Positions 31,397-40,817 of a DNA stretch of 64,000 nt are shown one piece after another. Positions within the stretch are counted from its first letter, which is position 1. Every line of letters starts with the position of its first letter. Under the pieces are notes generated by a model. The model was not told the origin of the DNA, searched no databases, and worked only from the letters and a program-made list of their open reading frames with translations. Source of the DNA: Polyangiaceae bacterium (GTDB lineage: Bacteria > Myxococcota_A > Polyangia > Polyangiales > Polyangiaceae); contig JAPSGB010000006.1 of the NCBI GenBank assembly GCA_035063585.1, positions 1 to 64,000 of the forward strand, given 5' to 3'. The position numbers were made by a program, and so were the translations under genes.

Positions 31397-33598
31397 GTGT
31401 CGATTCGGGAGCGAGGTTACGCGCGAGGACGGCTCGTCTCACGGTACGCGCTGGTCGCGCTCATGGGCGCGTCACTCGCTGGCCTCGCGTCGCTCGGCCG
31501 CGCCGAGGCGCCGCAGACCGTCGCGCCCGCCACGCTCTCGGCCGCGGATATCGGCGCGCGGCTGCGGGTGTTCGCGACCCCCGGCGACTACAAGCTCGAT
31601 AACGGCGCAGTGACCGCCGCCGTGCGCCGGCGCGACGGCTGGCTGACGGACTTCTGGAGAGATCGCGAGACGCTGCCGTCGTCGCCCGCGCTCGGGGCCA
31701 TGACCGCGATGGACGGGCTCTGGCAGCTCTACCCGATCGCGCACGACGGCAAGACCGAGGTGCCGTTCGTGAACAGCCGGGTGTCGCTGCTCGCGGACGG
31801 CATCGAGACGGAGGGGACTGCGCGATTTGCCTCGCTCACGCTCCGCGCGGTCACCACTTATCGACTGGAGCGGTCGCTACCACGGCTCCACATCGTCACG
31901 CGCGTCGAGGTCGTGTCCGGGCGAGGCGTCGCCAAGCTCGGCCTCGGTGACTCGGTGCGCTGGGGCAACACGCGCGCGCTGGTCGATGGTGCGGTGAAGC
32001 GCCAGCTGAAGTGGGACGGGAGCGCACGTTGGGTGGGGCGGCGGGGCGCGGGCGGAGATCTCTCGCTCCGCGCCGCGACTGGCGCTCGCTTCGAGCTTCA
32101 CCTGAGCGGACGGAAACCGGGGTCGGTGGGCGCGCTCCGCGCGATCTTCGCGCGAGGTCCCCTCTCGCCTGGCGGCTCGCTCACCATCGCACGCGTCCTC
32201 TCGTACGGCGAGATGCCTGCTCCCGCGCCGGACCGACCCACCCCGAAGGGACGCCTGGTGGTGAAGGTGACCGACGAGCGCGGTCGACCGCTGCCGGCCA
32301 AGATGCGGGTCGAGCGCGAGGGCCGGAAGGAGCCGCTGTTCCCCGAGGACGGAGATCTCGACGGCGCCGATCATTTCATGTGGACCGGTAGCGGGCACCT
32401 CGAGCGTGAGCTCGAGCCGGGGCGCTACGCGCTCCTGGTCACCTCCGGCATCGAGCGCGACGCGGCGCGCCTCGCGGCGACCATCACCAGCGGCGGGCGG
32501 GTCGAGCTCGACGCGAGGCTCCCAAGGGTAATCGACACTCCGGGGATCGTCGCCGGCGATCTCCACCTCCACCAGGCTCCGAGCGTGGACGCCGACATCT
32601 CGTTCGCCAACCGCGTGGTCGCCATCGCGGCCGAGGGCGTCGAGTTCGCGGTCGCGACCGACCACTACGTGGTGACCGACCTCGCGCCTACCGTGCGCTG
32701 GCTCACCGAGCGCGGTGTGCTCACCCGCGCCGTCCACACCGTCAGCGGGACCGAGGCGAGCACGCTCGGGCGACGATTCGGCCACTTCAACGTGTTCCCG
32801 CTCCGGATGGGCCAGGCGGTCGTCTCCACCGACACCACGCCGGCCGAGCTCTTCGCGAGCGCGCGGCGCGCGGCGCCCGCGGGCATACTCCAGGTAAACC
32901 ACCCGCGGATGGAGCCGGCGCTCGGCTACTTCAACTACTACGGGATGGACGAACAGACCGGCGCGGTGAGCGTCGCCGGGTTCGATCCCAACTTCGACAC
33001 GCTCGAGGTCTATAACGGTGACGAGGCCGCCGAGCTCGAGCAGGTCGAGCGCGTGCTCCGCGACTGGCTGCACCTGCTCGGCCGCGGCGCGCGCTACACC
33101 GCTACCGGCAGCAGCGACTCGCACAACCTCGCCTTCCTCGACCCAGGTCTGCCACGGACGCTCATCCGGTATGCGAGCGGCGGCGACGACGACCGCGACG
33201 TCGAGGCGCCGACGGCGGCGGTGATCACCGCGCTGAAGTCGGGTCGAGTGACGGTCACCAGCGGCCCGATCATAGACGCCCGCATCGGCGAGGCCGGGCC
33301 CGGCGACACCGCGCGGGTGAGCGGGGGTCGCGCTAGGCTCCACGTCACCGTGCGGGCAGCCCCATGGATCGACGTGCGCTGGGTCGAGCTCTACGTCGGT
33401 GGGAGCGGGAACGCTCGCGAGCGGCTGCCCGTGCGTCCCTCGCGCGAGGTGGTGCGCTTCGATCGCGACGTATACCTACCCGTGTCGGGGCCGACGTTCG
33501 TCGTGGTGGCGGCCAAGGGTATCCGCGAACTGCCGAACGTGTCGCGCTCGGGCACCCAGCCGTTCGGGTTCACGAACCCCATCTGGATCACTCGTTGA
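31397..33598 (+). CDS. Secreted CehA/McbA-family (PHP-fold) metallohydrolase
   Basis: GDLHLH, VATDH, GHFNVFP, QVNHPR, LEVYNG, GSSDSH, FTNPIW; start re-picked at GTG 31397 (TATCAT upstream, then signal peptide). Confidence 0.88.
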   Translation: MSIRERGYARGRLVSRYALVALMGASLAGLASLGRAEAPQTVAPATLSAADIGARLRVFATPGDYKLDNGAVTAAVRRRDGWLTDFWRDRETLPSSPALGAMTAMDGLWQLYPIAHDGKTEVPFVNSRVSLLADGIETEGTARFASLTLRAVTTYRLERSLPRLHIVTRVEVVSGRGVAKLGLGDSVRWGNTRALVDGAVKRQLKWDGSARWVGRRGAGGDLSLRAATGARFELHLSGRKPGSVGALRAIFARGPLSPGGSLTIARVLSYGEMPAPAPDRPTPKGRLVVKVTDERGRPLPAKMRVEREGRKEPLFPEDGDLDGADHFMWTGSGHLERELEPGRYALLVTSGIERDAARLAATITSGGRVELDARLPRVIDTPGIVAGDLHLHQAPSVDADISFANRVVAIAAEGVEFAVATDHYVVTDLAPTVRWLTERGVLTRAVHTVSGTEASTLGRRFGHFNVFPLRMGQAVVSTDTTPAELFASARRAAPAGILQVNHPRMEPALGYFNYYGMDEQTGAVSVAGFDPNFDTLEVYNGDEAAELEQVERVLRDWLHLLGRGARYTATGSSDSHNLAFLDPGLPRTLIRYASGGDDDRDVEAPTAAVITALKSGRVTVTSGPIIDARIGEAGPGDTARVSGGRARLHVTVRAAPWIDVRWVELYVGGSGNARERLPVRPSREVVRFDRDVYLPVSGPTFVVVAAKGIRELPNVSRSGTQPFGFTNPIWITR

Positions 33599-33604
33599 GC
33601 CGGC

Positions 33605-35938
33605 TCAGCGGAGGTCGCCCCACACGGTCAGGGCGGCCGCCGTGTCGAGGTCGATGTCCGCTGGCTCTCGCATCACCTTGTGACCCGGCAGAAGCTCGGC
33701 AGACTCGACGTCGTAGGTCCAGCGCCAGAGCGCCTGGGCCGCGATGGGATTTTCGCCGAGCACGTCGCTCACGCACGACGGATCCACGTCGAGCGCACAG
33801 AGCCGTGGCGCGCGCCCGAGACGCCCGCGCAGCATCCACGTGCCGATCAGCGTGGCGTAGGTGTCTCCGAGCGTCGCGACCAGTGGTCGCCCGATGACCG
33901 GCGAGATCCCGTTCGCGGTAGACCACAGATCGACGCCTCCTACCGAATCGGGGACGCGCAAGTCGAGCGCCCGGAGCACGGTGCGCGCGATGTCCACCGC
34001 GGTGGCCGGCCCCTTCGCCTCGACCCCCGCGAACTTGCCTTGTGGAAACTTTACCAGGAGCGGAACGACCAGCCGATCTTCGGTGAGTGGTCCGGCGGGC
34101 TCGAAGGGCACCCCGCTCAGCTCGCCGCTGGCGACATCGCCGACGAAGACCACCAACGCGTCGTCCCAGGCATCGTGACGCTCGAGCGTGTCGAGCACCT
34201 TGGCGAGCCCCGCGTTCTGCCGGAGCATCACCGCCGTCTCGATGGCGCGGAGCCGCGTCCAGTCGGCCGGCTCGAGTCGGTGCGGCTTGCGATCCGAGCC
34301 GCCCCTGACACCGGCGAGCAGGATGCCGCCGCGGCGCGCGTCGACCACACCCTCGTATTCCTCGGGCGGGAGCTTGGCTACGGCGTCGCCGTCGAGGTCC
34401 CACGGTGGATGCAGCCCGCGCTCGTGGATCACGACGAAGCGACGGGCAGGGCCCTGAGCGAGCTCTTGGTCCAGCCAGCGCGCAGCGCGTAGGTACGGCT
34501 CGGTCGCCGGTAGGTCCTGAACCGGGGAGACGAACTCGAAGCGATCCCACCCGCTCTCGAAGCCGAAGGCGGTCGAGGTGGTGGGAACGCCCGTGAACAT
34601 GGCAGCGCGACCGCTCGCCTCCTTCACGGTCTCCGCGATGGTGCGGACGTTCGCCGGCAGGCGCGCCGCGGGGTCTTCGAGCGTGTGAGCGCGCGGGTCG
34701 AGGCCGGTCAGCATCGACGCGACGGCTCCAGCGGGCACCGTGATGGGCGCGCGGTAACCGCTGAACGCCGCGCCTCCCCGCGCGAGCTCGCCGAGCGCCC
34801 CCAGGCCCTCGATGGGTCCCCACGGTGGCACCAGGCGACGCTCCATGGAGGCGGCGATCACCAGCACCACCGTGCTCGCGCGCGGCAGCGCCGGGAGCTC
34901 TCGTCGAGCGTGCTCGATCACCGGATCGCCGAAGAGGACCCTTCCGCCCTGGCTAGCGTCGGTGACGCCGAGCTCGAGCACTATGAGCTCGGACGCGTAC
35001 GACCCGAGCGCGACGTCGATGGGCGTCCAGGTCGCGCCCGGTCCGCCGGTGACCCTGCGCTCGGCCAGCGTCACCGGCGCCTCACCGTCGCGGAGCACGC
35101 GGAGCTCGGCGGCTCCGCGCCCGTCACCCCAGTAGCCGAGCGCGACTCGCAAGCGCGCGTCGGCCGCCGGCCGAAGCGTACAGCGCACCGAAGAGGCGGC
35201 GCGCAGCGCGATCGAGCGGCGCGGCTGGCCGTCGAGCGGCTCGTCCACGACGATGTCCTTCAAGGTGGGCGCCGAGTAGGTCGCGCTGAGCTCGTCCCCG
35301 GGCCCGAGCCGCGCCCAGTCGAGCTCGGCATAAGGCTCACGGTTGCCGCCGGTGGCGCGCCCGCCCGATAGGCGCACGGTGAGCGTGTGGCGACCGCGGG
35401 CGAGCGTCGTGCTCGAGCCAGGCAAGTCGACGACCCGGGTCTCGCCGGTCGTCAGCTTCGCGGAGCCTAGCCCCTGACCGTCGACCTCCGCGCCGAGCCG
35501 CTGCGCGACGCCGCCGTGCACCCGCACCGAGAGGGTGACCTTCTCTTCCGGCTCGTCGAGCCAGAAGTCGTAGGATGCGCGGCGCGCGAACAGACGCTCG
35601 AAGGTCGCGCCCTCGCGCTCGACGTCCGCGCTCGCATCGCTCGGGCTCGACGACCACCCCCTCCGGCTGCGGAGCTGCGGCGTGCCGAAATCGAACGAGA
35701 GCCCGCGATGGCGGACCTCGCAGCGCGGGAGCTCGTTCACCAAGTCGAGGTGATCGGTGCCGAGTCGCGGCGCGCTCGCGAGAGGGGGAGCGCCCGCGAC
35801 CCGCGGCGCCGAGGCCGAGGCGGGCGCGGGGGTTGGCGAAGACGTCGAACGACCGCACGCGTAGAGCGCGAGCGCGAGCGCGCCTGCGCCCGCGCCGAGG
35901 GCGACCAGAGTCCGCGTCCGCACTCGCTCCACGACCAC
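33605..35938 (-). CDS. Sulfatase-fold exported protein with degenerate active site
   Basis: Signal/lipobox-like LALYAC; ASMLTGLDP, HPPW, LVVPLLVKFP, VDIARTVL. Confidence 0.8.
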   Translation of the reverse strand: MVVERVRTRTLVALGAGAGALALALYACGRSTSSPTPAPASASAPRVAGAPPLASAPRLGTDHLDLVNELPRCEVRHRGLSFDFGTPQLRSRRGWSSSPSDASADVEREGATFERLFARRASYDFWLDEPEEKVTLSVRVHGGVAQRLGAEVDGQGLGSAKLTTGETRVVDLPGSSTTLARGRHTLTVRLSGGRATGGNREPYAELDWARLGPGDELSATYSAPTLKDIVVDEPLDGQPRRSIALRAASSVRCTLRPAADARLRVALGYWGDGRGAAELRVLRDGEAPVTLAERRVTGGPGATWTPIDVALGSYASELIVLELGVTDASQGGRVLFGDPVIEHARRELPALPRASTVVLVIAASMERRLVPPWGPIEGLGALGELARGGAAFSGYRAPITVPAGAVASMLTGLDPRAHTLEDPAARLPANVRTIAETVKEASGRAAMFTGVPTTSTAFGFESGWDRFEFVSPVQDLPATEPYLRAARWLDQELAQGPARRFVVIHERGLHPPWDLDGDAVAKLPPEEYEGVVDARRGGILLAGVRGGSDRKPHRLEPADWTRLRAIETAVMLRQNAGLAKVLDTLERHDAWDDALVVFVGDVASGELSGVPFEPAGPLTEDRLVVPLLVKFPQGKFAGVEAKGPATAVDIARTVLRALDLRVPDSVGGVDLWSTANGISPVIGRPLVATLGDTYATLIGTWMLRGRLGRAPRLCALDVDPSCVSDVLGENPIAAQALWRWTYDVESAELLPGHKVMREPADIDLDTAAALTVWGDLR

Positions 35939-35990
35939 CCCGCCCTAGCGCGAAAACCGCTCGCGCGCAGGATCTCCGGTCACTCTCCGA

Positions 35991-38900
35991 CTATTTCGCG
36001 GGCGCGGCGAGCGTGAGCTGGGCGCGGCGCCCGGCGCTCACGGTCACGGTGTCCTCGCGTGCCGAGCCCGCGTCACCCGTCTTGACCGTGTGGCTGCCGG
36101 GTGCGAGCGGGACGCGCCGAAGCGGACCGCGCCCGACGAAGGTCCCGTCCACGTAGATGACCTCGTCGCCGGGCGTGTTCACCTCGAGCAACCCCTTCCC
36201 CTCCCCGAGCTCGAACCCGGGAGGCAGCGGAAGCTCGGTGAGCGCCGCCGGCGTCGGGCTCGTGCTCGGATCTTTCACGCGTGCAGGGCTCGGCGTGGTC
36301 GCCGCGGCGCTCGCAGGCCCGCTCACGGTCACCTTCGCCGCCGGCGGCGCCGCCGCGCCGGGCTCGGCGACGAAGTGGCTCACGCCGAGGTAAGCCACCG
36401 CGCCCGCCGCGCTCGCCGCCAGGATGAGCTTCAGCGCGCCGAGCGGCTTGCTCCCCGCGTTCGCTCCGGAGCGCGGCGCTTCGTCGTCCGCTGGCGTGCG
36501 CTCCGCGCTCACGTCGCCTTCCGGCGCACGCTCTTCACGCGCACGCGAGGGTGCCGGGCGAGCGCCGGAACCGACGGTGGGGGCGCGGCGCGGGAACTCG
36601 ATCTTGCGCGTCGCCGGGAGCGCGACCTCCGGCGCCGCGGCGCGCGGTTCCGCGCCGCCCCGACCCCCCGAGTCCGCCTCATCGGATTCCCCATGGAAGT
36701 CCGGACCGGGCTCGCTCGGCTCGGCGTGCGCGGCGGGACTCGGCTCGCTCGAGCGCGACGGCGTGGGCTCGTGCGAGCTCGAGCCGATGGCGTCCGGCTC
36801 GGGGGTTGGCGGTTCGGCGCGGCCGGCGTCGGGGCTCGTCGGTTCGGCGCGGCCGGCCTCGGGGCTCGTCGGTTCGGCGCGGCCGGCGTCGGGGCTCGCG
36901 GGGCGCGGTGGCATGGTGACAGGGCGCACCGCGAGCTGAGGCGGCGACGCGTCACGAGCGCTCGCTGGCGCGGGTGACGGCTCGTGCTCCTCCGCCGGCT
37001 CGGACGCCCCTGCGAGGAGACCGCGCGGCGGCTCCGAGAGCTCGGTCGGCGGCGCTTCGGATGACTCGGTCCACATGTTCGGTTGCTCCTCCGGGGCCAG
37101 CGCAGCGGCCTCGACCGCCGCTTCCGCGCCGGGCGCCGGTGCGTCCTCGATCGACTCGGCCTCTCGGGACGGCGCCGACGGGAACGCTTCATCGGTTACT
37201 TTAGTATTGACGGGGGCGACGTCACCGATCCCCGGCTGCGTGTGCTCGCGGCTGAAGCGCTCGGCGGCGGCTCGCTCGGGGTCGAGCGCCGCGCTGGGCG
37301 TCACGCCCGTGCTGAGGGGTAGGGGCGAGCGCTCGTACTCGCTGACCCGAACCTCGTCCCAACCCTTCGAATCGACCAGCTCGGAGGTCGCAGCGGGAGG
37401 CTCGGGGGACAAATCGAAGCTGAACACCGCCGGCGCGACCGCTGGCGCGGCGGCGACGAGCGCCGGTGGAGGCGTACGGGTGTGCTTGGCGGCAGCGATC
37501 AACTCCGCGTCGACGACCGCTGGCGGCGCGGCCGTCACGTCGAGTTCCTGGCCGTCTTCCCGCACCACGCGACCGACCGCGCCATGACGAACCAGATCCG
37601 TGAGCACTCCGTCGAGCAGCCGCGACGAGATCCCCGACTCGAGCAGCGCCCGAGGCGAGGCTCCGTCGGCGAGGCGTCGAAGGACGGCCGCGGCGTCGCC
37701 CGGCAAGACGGCGGCGTAGCCGCCCAGCTGGGCGAGGTCGACCTCGAGGCGGGCGATGCGGAGGAGTGACGCGGCCGAGAGCGCGCGCTCGGCCTCGCGC
37801 GCGCGACCGATGGAGCCGGCGAGCACCTGATCGAGCGCACCATCGAACTCGAAGCGGCAGGGCGCTTGGTCAGGCGCAATGGCGAAGCGCCCCGCGCTCA
37901 CGCCAATCAGCGCATCGAGGACGCGCTCGCCACGCTCGAAGCTACCGTCGGTGGCGGTGCGGACCGCGGCGCAGAGCGCTCCGTCGCGGATCTCGACCTC
38001 GTAGAGATAGACGGCGTCGCGGAAGCTCACCCGAAGATCACCGCCGCGGCGGCACGCGAGCTGGAGAATGAGCCGAGGGGAGAGACCGTCGAGTCGCCCT
38101 CGCACTACCCCGCCCATGGTGATGCGCGCCTCGACGCGCGCGCGCGGCCTGAGCACCTCGCGGACCCGCTGGATCACCTGCGACGCGGTCGCCTCCTTGC
38201 GCAGATAGCCGTCGGCGTCCGCGCCGAGCTCGCGCACCCGCTGCAGGAGATCTTCCTTCCACGAGAGCAGGATGACGGGAACGTCGCGAATGGCAGCGTC
38301 GCGCTTGATCTCGCGGCAGAGCGCGAAGCCGTCGAGCCCCGGCATGAGCACGTCACTGATGACGAGATCGGGCCACGCGCTGCGGGCGAGCTCGAGCGCG
38401 CGCTCACCGTCGTGAGCCTCGAGCACCTCGGCGCCCGCTGCCTCGAGCAGGCCGCTCAAGAACCAGACCACCGCCGGGTCGTCATCGACGACCACCACGC
38501 GCCGCCCCGAGATCGGGATGCCCTCGTCGTCGCGCGAGCCCCCGAGGGCGCGCTCGCCAGCGCTGCGCTCCGCGCCCGTCCACGGCGCGAGCGGAATGGC
38601 GCCCTCCGGGCCGTCCGGCTCGAAGCGCACCTTGCCTCCCGAGCGCATGGTCACCAGCTCGCGCACGCGCGCGACCGCCGACCACACCGCAGCCAGCACG
38701 TCGGTACCTTCGCCGAGCGGAACGGTCGACATCGCGGCCTCGGTCTCCACGCTATCGGCGAGCCCGCGATGGATCTCGGAGGCGATTCGGTCGGCGAGCG
38801 CGGACACCGTGACGTCGCCGAGCGGCTCGCGCGGCGCCGGCGTGGACGGCCCCCGCTGACAGACCTCGAGCACGGTGCGCCGGAGCGTGCCGGGCGTCAC

Positions 38901-39608
38901 CGGCTTCGGCAGGACCCGCGCGACGCCGAGCCCGGCGAAGCCGGCGGCCGCCTCGGGGTGATCGAAGGTGCCGATCAGCACGAACGGAACCGGATCGACC
39001 AGGGGATCGTGCGAGAGCAGCTCGACGAGCTCGCGCGCGCCGCGACGGTCGGCGTCGACGAGGATGACGTCCGGTCCGGTCACGCGCGCCAGCTCGCGCA
39101 TCTCGCTCGAGTCCTCGGAGCGCACTACCTCCACCGGTGTCTCGTCCGACTCGAGCGCAGCGGCGAGGGCCGCTCCACCGAAGACCATGGCGACCGTGGG
39201 CCAGCCCTCGGCGTCCAGCGCGCTCGGCTCGACGCGAGCCGGCGCGGGCGGCGGCACGCTGACCTTCGCGCCCCAGGCGAGCGAGGGCAGGAGGTCGAGC
39301 GCGCGGGACAGCTCGGCCAGCTCCGCGGGGCGGGTGACGCCCTCGGCCGCCGCGCGCTGGAGCGCGGCCTCGGCCGTCTTCAAGGTCTCGGCGAGCGCGT
39401 CGAAGCCGAGGACGCCCGCCGCGGCGCCCATGGCGTGAATGCGCCGCTGGAGCTGCGCGCGCCGGGTCGGGCTCCGCGGCTCGGCCTCGAGCGTCCGGAG
39501 CGCGCTACGGAGCGCGTCGAGCCGACGACCGAGGCTGGCGACGAAATCCGCGCGCGCGCCTACCGAGGCGGATCGCTCGCCGGTGCTCGTCTCGTGCGCC
39601 TCCATCAT
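35991..39608 (-). CDS. Hpt-REC-REC-DUF4388-like signalling protein with linker, TM helix and PEGA-like domain
   Basis: RIHAMGAAAGVLGF (Hpt His); PDVILVD; VVVVDDD..DLVISDVLMPGLDG..ILLS..YLRK; TM LILAASAAGAVAYLGV; IYVDGTFVGRGP; start re-picked at 39608. Confidence 0.85.
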   Translation of the reverse strand: MMEAHETSTGERSASVGARADFVASLGRRLDALRSALRTLEAEPRSPTRRAQLQRRIHAMGAAAGVLGFDALAETLKTAEAALQRAAAEGVTRPAELAELSRALDLLPSLAWGAKVSVPPPAPARVEPSALDAEGWPTVAMVFGGAALAAALESDETPVEVVRSEDSSEMRELARVTGPDVILVDADRRGARELVELLSHDPLVDPVPFVLIGTFDHPEAAAGFAGLGVARVLPKPVTPGTLRRTVLEVCQRGPSTPAPREPLGDVTVSALADRIASEIHRGLADSVETEAAMSTVPLGEGTDVLAAVWSAVARVRELVTMRSGGKVRFEPDGPEGAIPLAPWTGAERSAGERALGGSRDDEGIPISGRRVVVVDDDPAVVWFLSGLLEAAGAEVLEAHDGERALELARSAWPDLVISDVLMPGLDGFALCREIKRDAAIRDVPVILLSWKEDLLQRVRELGADADGYLRKEATASQVIQRVREVLRPRARVEARITMGGVVRGRLDGLSPRLILQLACRRGGDLRVSFRDAVYLYEVEIRDGALCAAVRTATDGSFERGERVLDALIGVSAGRFAIAPDQAPCRFEFDGALDQVLAGSIGRAREAERALSAASLLRIARLEVDLAQLGGYAAVLPGDAAAVLRRLADGASPRALLESGISSRLLDGVLTDLVRHGAVGRVVREDGQELDVTAAPPAVVDAELIAAAKHTRTPPPALVAAAPAVAPAVFSFDLSPEPPAATSELVDSKGWDEVRVSEYERSPLPLSTGVTPSAALDPERAAAERFSREHTQPGIGDVAPVNTKVTDEAFPSAPSREAESIEDAPAPGAEAAVEAAALAPEEQPNMWTESSEAPPTELSEPPRGLLAGASEPAEEHEPSPAPASARDASPPQLAVRPVTMPPRPASPDAGRAEPTSPEAGRAEPTSPDAGRAEPPTPEPDAIGSSSHEPTPSRSSEPSPAAHAEPSEPGPDFHGESDEADSGGRGGAEPRAAAPEVALPATRKIEFPRRAPTVGSGARPAPSRAREERAPEGDVSAERTPADDEAPRSGANAGSKPLGALKLILAASAAGAVAYLGVSHFVAEPGAAAPPAAKVTVSGPASAAATTPSPARVKDPSTSPTPAALTELPLPPGFELGEGKGLLEVNTPGDEVIYVDGTFVGRGPLRRVPLAPGSHTVKTGDAGSAREDTVTVSAGRRAQLTLAAPAK
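36811..36898 (-). repeat. 30-bp in-frame tandem repeat (about 3 x SP[D/E]AGRAEP) in the linker
   Basis: GGTTCGGCGCGGCCGGCSTCGGGGCTCG units at 36811, 36841, 36871. Confidence 0.85.
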
Positions 39609-39682
39609 CCCGGTCGGCCCTAGCACAGCCGCCGGGGATGGCAGAGTTTTCGGCGACGGCGCAACCGGCGTGCCGGCTCGGC

Positions 39683-40756
39683 TCAAGCGCCCGCGAGCCG
39701 CGCGCGGACCGCCGCGCCCGCCGCCCGCGTACCGAGCTCGCCGCCCACGTCGCGCGTACACTCGCCGGCCTCGATGGCCTCGCCGACCGCGCGCTCGATG
39801 CGTGCTTCCTCTCCGGCGAAGCCGAGGTGGCTCAGCATCATCCCAACCGTGAGCAGCGCGGCCATCGGGTTGGCGACGTCCTTGCCGGCGAGCGGCGGAG
39901 CCGAGCCGTGGACCGGCTCGAACAACGCGACCCGCCCCGGGTCGGCCGGATGGATGTTGGCGCTGGCGGCCATGCCGAGCCCGCCCTGGAGCCCGGCGCC
40001 GAGATCGGTCACGATGTCGCCGAACAGGTTGTTGGTGACGACCACCTCGAACTGTGACGGATCCTGCACGACGAGCAGGCACATCGCGTCGATGTAGAGG
40101 TGCTTGGCGTCGAGCTCCGGGTAGTCGCGCTTCACCTCGTCGAACACACGCAGCCACAACTCGTGCGCGTGCCGCATCGCGTTCGACTTGTCTGCCATGT
40201 GGACGCGCTTCTTGCCGGTCTTTCGCGCGTGTTCGAAGGCCGCGCGGATGATCCGCTCCACGCCCTTGCGCGTGTTGATGTCCTCGTTGATGGCGACCTC
40301 GTCCGCGGTGCCGCGCTTGAACTGCCCGCCAAGGCCCGCGTAGATCCCCTCGGTGTTCTCGCGAAACACCACGAAATCCACGTCCTTCCGACCGCGGGCC
40401 TTGAGCGGCACCAGGCGATCGGACAGCGCCTTCACGGGGCGGACGTTGGCGTAGAGGTCGAAGCCGAACCGCATCCCGAACAGGATGTCGCGCGCGTGCT
40501 CCAGGCCCGGCACGCGCGGGTCGCCCAGAGCTCCGAGCAGCACCGCCGCGCACTCCCTCTCGATGGCGTCGCGGATCTCCTTCGGGAAGGTCGTCCCGTC
40601 TCGGAGGTAGCGCTCGGCGCCCAGATCGAGCTGCCAGAGCTCCAAGGGCAGACCGCGCTCGGCGAGGTACCACTCGAGCAGGAGCGACGCCTCTCGAGTG
40701 ACCTCGGGCCCGATCCCGTCACCGCCAATGACCGCGATCTTCTTCGTCTCTGCCAT
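39683..40756 (-). CDS. leuB: Isocitrate/isopropylmalate dehydrogenase family enzyme, probably 3-isopropylmalate dehydrogenase
   Basis: IGGDGIGPEV, DLYANVRP, FRENTEG, NLFGDIVTD, FEPVHGSAP, ANPMA. Confidence 0.75.
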   Translation of the reverse strand: MAETKKIAVIGGDGIGPEVTREASLLLEWYLAERGLPLELWQLDLGAERYLRDGTTFPKEIRDAIERECAAVLLGALGDPRVPGLEHARDILFGMRFGFDLYANVRPVKALSDRLVPLKARGRKDVDFVVFRENTEGIYAGLGGQFKRGTADEVAINEDINTRKGVERIIRAAFEHARKTGKKRVHMADKSNAMRHAHELWLRVFDEVKRDYPELDAKHLYIDAMCLLVVQDPSQFEVVVTNNLFGDIVTDLGAGLQGGLGMAASANIHPADPGRVALFEPVHGSAPPLAGKDVANPMAALLTVGMMLSHLGFAGEEARIERAVGEAIEAGECTRDVGGELGTRAAGAAVRARLAGA

Positions 40757-40817
40757 GTCAGGGCGCTCATAGTTCGATCCGCGCACCGTTTGAAGCCGAG
40801 CCGAGCAACGCGGCGCG

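Noticed and set aside
35991..40673. 1560-aa ORF as a single protein
   Set aside because: The first ~355 aa are an Arg-rich off-frame read through the leuB-family gene; the real start is about 39608.
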